Positions 10,078-18,369 of a stretch of DNA of 42,217 nucleotides are shown here, in pieces. Every line of letters begins with the position of its first letter. Within the stretch, counting starts at the first letter, position 1. The translations under genes and the position numbers were made by a program. The DNA comes from Gammaproteobacteria bacterium (GTDB lineage: Bacteria > Pseudomonadota > Gammaproteobacteria > Burkholderiales > SG8-41). The stretch covers positions 1 to 42,217 of the forward strand of contig JBGQGU010000001.1 in NCBI GenBank assembly GCA_041497655.1, read 5' to 3'. The notes beneath the pieces were generated by a model. That model was not told the origin of the DNA and did no database searches. It saw only the letters and a program-made list of their open reading frames with translations.

Positions 10078-10120
10078 CGAACGCGCCTTGCGCCAATGTG
10101 GTCATACCGGTGGGGAAAAC

Positions 10121-11110
10121 ATGAAAACCGTTACCAGGACAAGCCACTTCGCGCTGTGCGCATTGACCGCGCACCTCATCACGGCTTCAAGCGCCGCTTA
10201 TGCGCAGGACTACCCCACCAGACCGGTGCGGCTCGTCGTGCCCACGGCGCCAGGCGGTGGCACCGACATCTCGGCGCGCCTGATTGCGCCCAAGCTCTCC
10301 GAGTATCTCGGACAGCCGGTCGTGGTCGAGGACCGCGCCGGGGGAAACACCAGCGTCGGCGTAGAGTTCGTCGCCAAGTCGCCGCCCGACGGCTACACGC
10401 TGCTGATGGGCATCAGCTCGCTCGCCATCAACCCCCATACCCAGTCCAAGGTCCCTTACGACCCCGTGAAGGACTTCGCACCGGTCTCGCAGGTGGTGGT
10501 AGTGCCTCTCATCCTGGTCTCGCATCCCTCGCTGCCGACCCGATCGGTAAAGGAACTGGTCGCGTTCGCCAGGACGCGCCCCGGGCAGCTCAACTACGGC
10601 ACCGGCTCCGTCGGCAGCAACCCGCACCTCGCGATGGAGCTGTTCCTGTCCATGACCGGGCTGAAAGTAGTCCACGTGCCGTACCGGGGCCAGGGACCCG
10701 CCATGATCGATCTGGTGGCCGGTCACCTGCACCTGATGATGGCCAACCTCCTCACCGCACTGCCTCACGTCAGGAACGGCCGGGCTCGCGCATACGGCGT
10801 GAGCAGCATCAAACGCTCGAACGTGGCTCCCGACATTCCGACCATCGCCGAAGCGGGCGTACCGGGCTACGAGGTCGTGCAGTGGTTCGGCGTGCTCGCC
10901 CCGGCGAACACGCCGCGTGACATCATTACCAAGCTCCATGCGGCCACGGTGCGCGTGCTGCAGGATCCCACGATCAAGGAGCGCTTCATCAGCGACGGCG
11001 CCGAGACGATCGGCAACACGCCGGAGGAATTCGCGGCCATTATCCGCGCCGATCTCAAGAAGTGGGGCAAGATGGTCAAGGATGTGGGGATCAAACCCGA
11101 TCAACGCTGA
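10121..11110 (+). CDS. Bug-family substrate-binding protein
   Basis: AQDYPTRPVRLVVPTAPGGGTDISARLIAPKL..., DGYTLLMG and a C-terminal TPEEFAAIIRADLKKWGKMV block. Start moved to ATG 10121 (MKTVTRTSHFALCALTAHLITASSAAYA signal peptide). Confidence 0.9.
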   Translation: MKTVTRTSHFALCALTAHLITASSAAYAQDYPTRPVRLVVPTAPGGGTDISARLIAPKLSEYLGQPVVVEDRAGGNTSVGVEFVAKSPPDGYTLLMGISSLAINPHTQSKVPYDPVKDFAPVSQVVVVPLILVSHPSLPTRSVKELVAFARTRPGQLNYGTGSVGSNPHLAMELFLSMTGLKVVHVPYRGQGPAMIDLVAGHLHLMMANLLTALPHVRNGRARAYGVSSIKRSNVAPDIPTIAEAGVPGYEVVQWFGVLAPANTPRDIITKLHAATVRVLQDPTIKERFISDGAETIGNTPEEFAAIIRADLKKWGKMVKDVGIKPDQR

Positions 11111-11116
11111 ATAAAC

Positions 11117-12106
11117 ATGAAAATCGTACCCTCGGAAAATCGACTCGCGCACTATGCATTGAGCGCCTGCCTCATCGCGGCATCAACCGCCGCTGATGCG
11201 CAGGACTACCCCACCAGACCGGTGCGACTCGTCGTGGCCTCGACTCCGGGCGGCGGCACCGACATCTCGGCGCGCATGATTGCGCCCAAGCTCTCAGAGT
11301 ATCTCGGCCAGCAGGTCGTCATCGAGAACCGCGCCGGGGCGACCACGACGATCGGCGTGAATTTCGTTGCGCGCGCGGCGCCCGACGGCTACACGCTGCT
11401 GATGGGCGTCAGCTCGCTCACCATCAACCCTCATATCCTGAAGAATGTCCCTTACGATGCCGTGAAGGACCTGGCGCCGGTCTCGCAGGTGGTGGTGGCG
11501 CCCAACATTATGGTCTCGCATCCCTCGCTGCCGGTGCGATCGGTGAAGGAACTGATCGCGTTCGCCAGGGCGCGTCCCGGGCAGCTCAACTTCGCCGCCG
11601 GCGGTGCCGGTTCCAGCCAGCACCTGGCAATAGAGCTGTTCCTCTCCATGACCGGGCTGAAAATAGTCCACGTGCCGTACAAAGGCCAGGGCCCCGCCCT
11701 GCTCGATGTAACGGCGGGTCACGTTTCCCTGATGATGGCCAACGTCATAAGCGCGTTGCCTCAAGTCAAGAACGGCAGGATCCGCGCAATCGGCGTGACC
11801 GGCCTCAAACGCTCAGCCGTTGCTCCCGACATTCCGACCATCGCCGAAGCCGGCGTGCCGGGCTACGAGGTCGTGCAGTGGTACGGCGTCCTGGCGCCGG
11901 CGATGACGCCGCGCGACATCATCGCCAAGCTCCATGCGGGCACGGTGCGCGCGTTGCAGGATCCCGCGATCAAGGAGCGCTTCACCAGCGACGGCGGCGA
12001 GACGGTCGGCAGCACGCCGGAGGAATTCGCGGCCGTCATCCGCGCCGATCTCAAGAAGTGGGGCAAGGTGGTCAAGGACGCGGGGATCAAGCTGGATCAA
12101 CGCTGA
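11117..12106 (+). CDS. Bug-family substrate-binding protein, tandem paralog of 10121..11110
   Basis: Collinear with the preceding gene at roughly three-quarters amino-acid identity by eye, with long identical stretches such as APDIPTIAEAGVPGYEVVQW. Confidence 0.9.
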   Translation: MKIVPSENRLAHYALSACLIAASTAADAQDYPTRPVRLVVASTPGGGTDISARMIAPKLSEYLGQQVVIENRAGATTTIGVNFVARAAPDGYTLLMGVSSLTINPHILKNVPYDAVKDLAPVSQVVVAPNIMVSHPSLPVRSVKELIAFARARPGQLNFAAGGAGSSQHLAIELFLSMTGLKIVHVPYKGQGPALLDVTAGHVSLMMANVISALPQVKNGRIRAIGVTGLKRSAVAPDIPTIAEAGVPGYEVVQWYGVLAPAMTPRDIIAKLHAGTVRALQDPAIKERFTSDGGETVGSTPEEFAAVIRADLKKWGKVVKDAGIKLDQR

Positions 12107-12184
12107 ATCATCTGCGCTTGCCCACGCCCGAGGCGCCCCACGAACGCGACCACGACGCCGCAGGTCGTGACCGATCTCGATCGA

Positions 12185-12340
12185 TCAGTCTGCGTGCCGT
12201 TCGTCGATAGCGGCCGACTCGTCGGGTAAGTAGCGGTGGCTGCAATACGGGCAGATAAGCTGACGGCCGGCGTGGCGCAGCGCCCACTCCACCACGAACG
12301 CTTTCATGCATTTCGGGCAGGTCGACCAGAAGAGCCTCAT
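12185..12340 (-). CDS. 51-aa zinc-ribbon protein, translationally coupled to the UbiD-family gene (candidate small subunit)
   Basis: Not in the ORF track (under 60 aa). Manual translation gives MRLFWSTCPKCMKAFVVEWALRHAGRQLICPYCSHRYLPDESAAIDERHAD, with CPKC...CPYC as two CxxC knuckles. Its ATG (12338-12340) overlaps the UbiD stop TGA (12337-12339) in an ATGA arrangement. Confidence 0.5.
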   Translation of the reverse strand: MRLFWSTCPKCMKAFVVEWALRHAGRQLICPYCSHRYLPDESAAIDERHAD

Positions 12341-13785
12341 CGCGCACCCCTTCCCGCCGGGTCAAGCCATTCCTCCAGCCGCACCCGCTCCATGTCCTCC
12401 GGCGGCACCCGCAACCGCGTCGGGAAAGCGATGTGGGTGGGACGGGTGGCGTCGATGATCACCCTGCTCGAACCGATTCCCCGCGGGTCGCTCCCGGGGC
12501 GCAGGTTCTTGATCAGGTCGATGTCCCGGCGGGGATCAACCTGGAAGTTGACCGCCCACAGCACCTGTTCTTCGTTGAACACGTCGATGTCCTCATCGAC
12601 CACGACGGCAACGTGCAGGTTCGGCACGTGCGCTATCGCCTGGAGGCCGGCCTGCTTCGCCTGGCCTTCCTCGGTCTTCCTGATGGAGATGTAGGTCGTG
12701 TAACGTCCACACGCGGAGAACGGCATGTGCACCGCGACGACGTTGCCGAGCTTCTGCTGGAGGTGGTTGAAGATCGCGCCCTCGCGGGCAATGCTGCCCA
12801 ACAGCATGTGGTCGCGGTGGCCGGAGAAGACGTCCTGGAACAGGGCCCCGTCGCGATGGGTGATCGCAGTCACTTCCATCACGGGCGCGAGTTGCTGCGC
12901 CTGGTACTGGCGGCTGATATCCCCGAAGGGGTTGACGATGGTCCGCTCGCCGGGGACGATCTCGCCTTCGATGACGATCTCGGCGTCGGCCGGCACCAGG
13001 AAATCCTTCCCCCACGTAACGGAGGGGGCCAGGCGGACGGGCTCCTGGAGAAAACCCCCGGCGGTTGCGTACTCGTTGTCGCCCCAGGGCGTGTTGTTGA
13101 GAGTCCCGAGCCAGAAGCCGGGATGGTGCCCGAGGACGTTCACCACCGGGCAGCGCTCGCCCCGACCCTCCCAGGCCTTGGTCATCCGGATCATATGGGG
13201 CGTATGGATGGTGAAGCCGCCGCGATGGCCGGACTCGGGGAAGGTCTTCGTGAACGTGATGTTGTAGAAGTCCTCTCCCGGGGCACGCGCGACCAGGCCC
13301 ATCGTGAGCACGGCGCCGAGGTCCATCTCGAAGTGGCGCACGGCGGGCAGCATCCACATGTCGGCCTTCTCGCCCTGGTACACGTTCGCGTGCACGGGCG
13401 CGTTGTCACTGGACACGACCACGGGCTCGCGCTTTCGGCCGACGAGCTTGGCGAAACGGGAGCCGAGCTGCTTGCCGGCCTCGCTGCGCGGTAACCCGAC
13501 CGCTTCAGCACAACGTTCCCGGGTGGCCCATACGTTGGTGACGATCGGGAACTTGGACGGCTCTCCGTGCAGGTTGAGCGGGTTCTCGAACTGCACGGTG
13601 GGGTACTCGCCTCGCCGATCGAGATGTCCCATCACGGCGGTCACGTCGAACTTCAACGGGTTCACGGTGCGGCTCACCGTCCGGAACTCGGCCGGGTCGT
13701 CGCGAATCTGGTCGAGGTACGAGCCAAGGCTCTTGGGCGCGCTTCTGCCGCCGGCCTGCCGACTCATCCTCTTCGCTTCCGACAT
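12337..13785 (-). CDS. UbiD-family (prFMN-dependent) decarboxylase
   Basis: About 480 aa with the UbiD layout: N-terminal DQIRDDPAEFRTVSRTVNPLKFDVTAVM and central blocks including VIEGEIVPGERTIVNPFGD (EGPFGE-like region). Start placed at ATG 13785 (MSEAKR...) after GAGGGGA. Confidence 0.85.
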   Translation of the reverse strand: MSEAKRMSRQAGGRSAPKSLGSYLDQIRDDPAEFRTVSRTVNPLKFDVTAVMGHLDRRGEYPTVQFENPLNLHGEPSKFPIVTNVWATRERCAEAVGLPRSEAGKQLGSRFAKLVGRKREPVVVSSDNAPVHANVYQGEKADMWMLPAVRHFEMDLGAVLTMGLVARAPGEDFYNITFTKTFPESGHRGGFTIHTPHMIRMTKAWEGRGERCPVVNVLGHHPGFWLGTLNNTPWGDNEYATAGGFLQEPVRLAPSVTWGKDFLVPADAEIVIEGEIVPGERTIVNPFGDISRQYQAQQLAPVMEVTAITHRDGALFQDVFSGHRDHMLLGSIAREGAIFNHLQQKLGNVVAVHMPFSACGRYTTYISIRKTEEGQAKQAGLQAIAHVPNLHVAVVVDEDIDVFNEEQVLWAVNFQVDPRRDIDLIKNLRPGSDPRGIGSSRVIIDATRPTHIAFPTRLRVPPEDMERVRLEEWLDPAGRGAR

Positions 13786-13952
13786 GCGTGTCCCCTCATT
13801 GACGCGGCTTTGTGCGAATCGTGAATAGTTGATCGCGACTGTTCGGACTCTACGAGCAAGGGGGGGGTGTGTCAACGCACCCGCGACGAGGACGCTGGTG
13901 CAAAACACTTCTCAATCACTTTTCGCCCCACTGTCCCTCAACCGACGCATGA

Positions 13953-14927
13953 CTACTCGAGCGGCACGTTGGAACCCTTCAACACTTTTCTCCATTTGGC
14001 GATTTCCGCCTTGATGTGCGCGGCGAATTCTTCCGGCGAGCTGCCGATGAGCTCGGAGCCTGCGGTCGCGAACTGTTGAGCGACCTTGGTCGTGCCAACC
14101 GCTTTGGCGATCGTGGTGTGCAAACTCGAGACGATGTCCTTCGGCGCGCCCGCCGGCGCGAGAACCCCGACCCACTGGGCTATCTCGTAGCCCGGCAGGG
14201 TCTCGGCGATGGCTGGCAGATCCGGGAATATTTTGGAGCGCTTCGCGCCGGTGCTGGCGATCGCCCGCAGCTTGCCCGCCTTCGCCTGTTGAACCACGCT
14301 CGGACCGCCGAAATACAGCGCCGTCTCGCCGCTCATGGTCGCGATGACGGCGGGGCCGCCGCCCTTGTATGCTACGTGCACCATGTCGACTTTCGCGAAC
14401 TGCTTGAAAAACTCCCCCGCAACGTGCCCCACGGAGAGATTGCCGGCGGAAGCGAAGGTGATCTGCCCCGGTTTGCTCCTGGCAAGCGCGATCAAGTCCT
14501 TGACGGACCTAACCGGCACCGACGGATGCACGACGAGGTTGTATGCCGCGGAGTCTATCAGGCTGATCGGCGCGAAATCCTTCACTGCATCGTACGGCAG
14601 GTTCGAATAAGCGCCGGGGAGAATCGCGTTCGGCCCGGCGGTGCCTAGCAGCAGTGTGTAGCCATCGGGTGGTGCTTTCGCCGCGAGCTCGGTGCCGATG
14701 CGGCCGGTCGCGCCCGGCCGGTTTTCAACAACGACCTGCCAGCCCGGGCCATCGGACAGCGCCTGCGTCAGGATGCGCGCGGTTACGTCCGTCCCTCCAC
14801 CTGGAGGAAAAGGCACAATCAACCGGATCGGCTTGCTGGGATAGGTCTGGGCCGGCGCGGAACTCGAAACGAGTGCCAGCGCCACGGATGCAACAAGTGA
14901 CGCAAATGCGATGACTCCCGTCTTCAT
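13953..14927 (-). CDS. Bug-family substrate-binding protein
   Basis: Signal peptide, then AQTYPSKPIRLIVPFPPGGGTDVTARILTQ, DGYTLLLG and SSPEEFAAHIKAEIAKWRKV. Confidence 0.9.
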   Translation of the reverse strand: MKTGVIAFASLVASVALALVSSSAPAQTYPSKPIRLIVPFPPGGGTDVTARILTQALSDGPGWQVVVENRPGATGRIGTELAAKAPPDGYTLLLGTAGPNAILPGAYSNLPYDAVKDFAPISLIDSAAYNLVVHPSVPVRSVKDLIALARSKPGQITFASAGNLSVGHVAGEFFKQFAKVDMVHVAYKGGGPAVIATMSGETALYFGGPSVVQQAKAGKLRAIASTGAKRSKIFPDLPAIAETLPGYEIAQWVGVLAPAGAPKDIVSSLHTTIAKAVGTTKVAQQFATAGSELIGSSPEEFAAHIKAEIAKWRKVLKGSNVPLE

Positions 14928-14958
14928 GGTCCCTTTCCTCGGATGGCGCGCCGGATTC

Positions 14959-15930
14959 TCAGTCGATTCTCAATCCACTGCTCGTCACCAGCTTCCCCCA
15001 CTTGACGATCTCGCTCTTTATGTAATCGCCAAACTGCTCCGGCGTGCTCCCGATCGGCTCGATCGCCTCCTTCTCAAAAGCCTGGCGCAGGTCGGGGGCG
15101 GCAAGCGCGCGCAGAATCCCCGTGTTGAGCCTGGCGACGATTGCTTTCTGTATTCCCGCCGGCCCTGCCACTCCATACCAATTGGTGATGTCGTACCCTG
15201 GTAACGTTTCAGAGATCGAAGGCAAATCGGGTAGCGCAGTAGCCCGTTTTGCCGATGTCACTCCCAGAGCGCGCAGCCTGCCGGTTCTTACGTAACCACC
15301 GGCTGTGCTCCATGCGAGGAAAGAAAGCTGCGCATGTCCTGCGATCAAGTCGATCATCGATGGCGCGGCCCCCTTATATGGCACGTGCAAAATATCTACG
15401 CCAGCCATGGTTTTGAACATCTCAAGACTGAGGTGCCCCGCGGAGCCAGTGCCTGCCGACGCCAGCACGAGTTTCCCGCCTCCTGCCTTTGCCAGCGTGA
15501 TCAATTCCCTGGTCGACTTCACCGGCACTGACGGATGCGTGAACAGCACTAACGGGGTGCTTACCACCAGCATGATTGGGTCAAAATCTCTTACCGGGTC
15601 GTACGGAAGTCTTGGATACAAGGCCGGGTTGACCGCAAATTGAGCGGGAAGCGCGTAAACGAGCGTGTAGCCGTCAGGCGCGCTTTTCGCTACGAACTCC
15701 ATCGCGAGAGTGCCGTTGGCGCCAGCGCGATTGTCGACGATCACAGTCTGCCCGAGGTTTTCCGTCAACTTCTGCGCGAGTGCGCGCGCATGGAGATCGG
15801 CACCGGCACCCGGAGAATAAGGAACCACCACCCGTATCACCTTGGCAGGATAGGCGGGTGCCGAGCCCACCTGCGCAGCAACGTACGGGCTGGTAACGGC
15901 AAGCAAAGCCACGAACATCACTCTATACAT
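14959..15930 (-). CDS. Bug-family substrate-binding protein
   Basis: AYPAKVIRVVVPYSPGAGADLHARALAQKL, DGYTLVYA and STPEQFGDYIKSEIVKWGKLV. Confidence 0.9.
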   Translation of the reverse strand: MYRVMFVALLAVTSPYVAAQVGSAPAYPAKVIRVVVPYSPGAGADLHARALAQKLTENLGQTVIVDNRAGANGTLAMEFVAKSAPDGYTLVYALPAQFAVNPALYPRLPYDPVRDFDPIMLVVSTPLVLFTHPSVPVKSTRELITLAKAGGGKLVLASAGTGSAGHLSLEMFKTMAGVDILHVPYKGAAPSMIDLIAGHAQLSFLAWSTAGGYVRTGRLRALGVTSAKRATALPDLPSISETLPGYDITNWYGVAGPAGIQKAIVARLNTGILRALAAPDLRQAFEKEAIEPIGSTPEQFGDYIKSEIVKWGKLVTSSGLRID

Positions 15931-15933
15931 GGA

Positions 15934-16821
15934 TCAGAAGCCGTAGAGTCGCGCCGGGTTGGCGGCCAGAATCTTGTTGCGCTGAGCCTCGTCGGGGATC
16001 CAGTCGAGCAGCATGTCGGCGAGATCCCCGTCATTGGGCATGAACCGCGTGTTCGGATGCGGCCAATCGGTTCCCCACACGCAGCGCTCGGGCGCCGCTT
16101 GCACCAGCGCGCGCGCGAACGGCGTCACGTCCGGAAACATTGGCGGCTGCGCGGAGATCCGGTAAGGCCCGATCAGCTTGAACCAGCAGCGCTCGTGGCG
16201 TGCCAGCCTGAGCAGCGTCTGAAAACCCGGTGCCTGAATTCCGTGCGCAGTTTCGATGTGACCGAAGTGATCGATGACGATATCAACGGGCAGCTTCGTC
16301 ATTTCACGGTCGATGTCGGGCATGGCATGGGTATCGAGGAAAAACTGGATATGCCAGCCGCGCGCCTTGATGCGCTCGGCCAGGCGCGGCGCGGCATCAA
16401 ATGCCACGACGGCGCCTTTCGATTTGAGATTGATCCGTACGCCACGCACACCCGCCCGGTGCATATCCTCAAGCTGGGAATCGGTGGTTTTTTCGTTGAT
16501 CACCACGACGCCCCGGAATTGGAACTTGCCTGAGCGCAAGGCATCCACCGTGCAGCGGTTGTCGGTGCCGTAGACGCTGGGGTGCACGATAACCGCGCGC
16601 TCGCAGCCGATGGCGCGCAGCATGCGCACGTAGTCGTCGGTTGATGCTTCCGGCGGCACGTAGCCGCCGCCGGGCGCGAACGGATACTTTTGCTGCGGCC
16701 CGAACACATGCGCATGGCAATCGCAGGCGCCGGCGGGGAATTTGATGCGCGGGCGGCGGGTGTCCGCAACCGGGCCGGGAATGGTCGCGGCGGCAGGAAC
16801 GAATGAGGTCGTATTGGGCAT
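15934..16821 (-). CDS. amidohydrolase family protein (LigI / 2-pyrone-4,6-dicarboxylate lactonase-like)
   Basis: ACDCHAHVFGPQQKYPF near the N-terminus, VIVHPSVYGTDN, HIQFF, VIDHFGH and WGTDWPHP. This is the amidohydrolase_2 pattern seen in LigI-like lactonases. First gene of the minus-strand operon ending at 12185. Confidence 0.8.
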   Translation of the reverse strand: MPNTTSFVPAAATIPGPVADTRRPRIKFPAGACDCHAHVFGPQQKYPFAPGGGYVPPEASTDDYVRMLRAIGCERAVIVHPSVYGTDNRCTVDALRSGKFQFRGVVVINEKTTDSQLEDMHRAGVRGVRINLKSKGAVVAFDAAPRLAERIKARGWHIQFFLDTHAMPDIDREMTKLPVDIVIDHFGHIETAHGIQAPGFQTLLRLARHERCWFKLIGPYRISAQPPMFPDVTPFARALVQAAPERCVWGTDWPHPNTRFMPNDGDLADMLLDWIPDEAQRNKILAANPARLYGF

Positions 16822-17043
16822 GATTTTCCTGATGATAGCGCGGTTATTCGATACGCACGTCCCGTCGGCAGCGATGGGTAATGTGCCAGAACCGGCTGGG
16901 TAGAAAGTAACGGCTGGCGCGGGGTATGGCTTCGCTCCCTTAGAGCATCGATATTGCCCCCAATAACGTGCGTCTAAGCCTCTCCGCCGACCTTATTTGA
17001 CCTTCTTACTTCCCCGAATCAAGGCGATGCGCTGGTCCGACCC

Positions 17044-17097
17044 GGTGAGGGGGTCGATTTCCCTCACCCCTCAAGAAATCGACCCCCGGTCGATTTC
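17044..17097. repeat. nested inverted/direct repeat cluster at the core-island junction
   Basis: GGGGTCGATTTC (17050-17061) and its perfect reverse complement GAAATCGACCCC (17075-17086) are followed by a third copy, GGTCGATTTC (17088-17097). GGTGAGGG (17044-17051) pairs with CCCTCACC (17061-17068). No U-tract follows, so it is not a canonical terminator. Confidence 0.6.
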
Positions 17098-17183
17098 TTT
17101 GCGACTGCTCGCCGGTAAATAAGGGCCCCAGGAAATTCGAGTCTGACCCCGAGGCCCGGTGCGGCTTTGAACTGGAGAGGAAA

Positions 17184-17384
17184 TCAGGCCGCGTGCAACC
17201 GAACGTCCTTGATCTGCGCTCGCGCGAACTCATCCGGCACTTCGATTTCTTCGGCGTTGAACACCACAACGTCTTTCAGTTCTCGTCCGTCGACGAGCCG
17301 GATGTCTACGCGCTGGTAGCCCATTCCTGATTCGGGGAGTTCGAGTAACCGCTTAGTCCAACGTGGTTCGAGTCTGATACGCAT
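17184..17384 (-). CDS. 66-aa protein, paralog of the N-terminal domain of the upstream TNT-like protein
   Basis: MRIRLEPRWTKRLLELPESGMGYQRVDIRLVDGRELKDVVVFNAEEIEVPDEFARAQIKDVRLHAA. It shares LL..PESGMGYQ.V...L.D.......V.FNAE with residues 1-55 of 17386..18054. Alternative start ATG 17393 (MHEM...). Either start abuts or overlaps the upstream stop at 17386-17388. Confidence 0.6.
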   Translation of the reverse strand: MRIRLEPRWTKRLLELPESGMGYQRVDIRLVDGRELKDVVVFNAEEIEVPDEFARAQIKDVRLHAA

Positions 17385-17385
17385 C

Positions 17386-18054
17386 TCATGCATCCGGGAT
17401 CTTCGTTGGTCCGGTGACGGTCTTTGGCTGCGTGCCATTTGTGAAAATCACTTCGACGCCGCCGCCCGGCTGACCGAAGGCGGGTTCGACGATTCCCCGC
17501 TGAATGTCGGTATCTTTGTTCGGGCGGACGGTAAACACGTTGGACGCGGGCGCGGGGTTTGGCAAGGCGTAGCGGGCCACGGCATCCGTTCCAGTCTTGA
17601 CGTTTTTTGCGTCTTCTTCAGTTGTCGCATACGTTCCTGCGAGCAAGCTTCCATCTGAGGCGACACGTCGATCATTCGGGTAGGCCGAGAATCGCTTGAA
17701 CACTTCATCGGCCTTCGTTTTTTCCTTCGGACCATCCTTTGCCGATCCCGCCTTCTTCTGAACTTCTGCGCCGGAAGGCTCCCGCGCCGAAAGTGTAATG
17801 ACGGTCGCACGCGAGATGACTCGGAGCGATTTGATTTCTCCGGTCGCACTTCTTGCTGACTCCAAGAGTCTGAGGTAGGGCGTTGACAACATGATGCGGC
17901 GCGGCTCTTCATCAAACAACAACAATTCCGCGTTGAAGGCAACGCCGCGCTTCGTCTTGTTGTCGGACAAAGTCGCCTCGACGAATTGGTAGCCCATCCC
18001 CGATTCCGGCTGTGCCAGCAAGGCACGGGTATTCGAGTCGGTGAGTCTCAGCAT
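17386..18054 (-). CDS. two-domain protein: PESGMGYQ N-domain, Lys/Glu-rich linker and a C-terminal TNT/DUF4237-like putative NAD+ glycohydrolase domain
   Basis: The C-terminus FKRFSAY...GTYATT...ARYALPNPAPASNVFTVRPNKDTDIQRGIVEPAFGQPGGGVEVIF follows the TNT-family skeleton as I remember it (R.LPP...Y.V.kp..v..G.iaP.FGQPGGG.Q). Start set at ATG 18054 by alignment with the small paralog; the ORF track begins at GTG 18087. No signal peptide or toxin-delivery domain. Confidence 0.5.
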   Translation of the reverse strand: MLRLTDSNTRALLAQPESGMGYQFVEATLSDNKTKRGVAFNAELLLFDEEPRRIMLSTPYLRLLESARSATGEIKSLRVISRATVITLSAREPSGAEVQKKAGSAKDGPKEKTKADEVFKRFSAYPNDRRVASDGSLLAGTYATTEEDAKNVKTGTDAVARYALPNPAPASNVFTVRPNKDTDIQRGIVEPAFGQPGGGVEVIFTNGTQPKTVTGPTKIPDA

Positions 18055-18226
18055 TTGATAAGGATATCTGAATGCACGCCTTGGCACTACAATTCGCCGC
18101 TTCGCTCGCGCACGAAGCCTTTCAGATCACGCACGGCCCGGCCGAAGGTGTCCTGCGTGCCGCGCCAAGAACCGGGCCATCGATCGGGCCTGGCGCAATA
18201 ACGGTTGGCGACGTGCTTCCTCCTTT

Positions 18227-18254
18227 CGCCTTCCGCCTTCCGCCTTCCGCCTTC
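18227..18254. repeat. heptanucleotide microsatellite (CGCCTTC)x4
   Basis: Four perfect tandem copies at 18227-18254, read directly. It sits in the 315-bp spacer between the DUF45 gene end (18370) and the TNT-like gene start (18054). Confidence 0.95.
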
Positions 18255-18369
18255 CGGGCCCTCCTGGCCGGTGCATGGAGCGGATTCGACACAGCCGTCA
18301 GAACCGCTTTTCTCACTCAGCTTAGCGGTCTGTCCCCAAGCAGTTCGTTTTCAAGCTTGCGCTAAATAC

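Noticed and set aside
12108-12365. 85-aa minus-strand ORF from the track downstream of the UbiD gene
   Set aside because: It is in a different frame from the zinc-ribbon ORF, is Arg-rich, and its start would lie inside the UbiD coding region. The 51-aa CxxC...CxxC ORF with ATGA coupling explains this stretch better.
17128-17150. T-arm-like string GGAAATTCGAGTCTGACC that suggested a tRNA at the island junction
   Set aside because: The flanking bases do not pair into a T-stem, and no acceptor, D or anticodon arms can be drawn. At most it is a decayed remnant.
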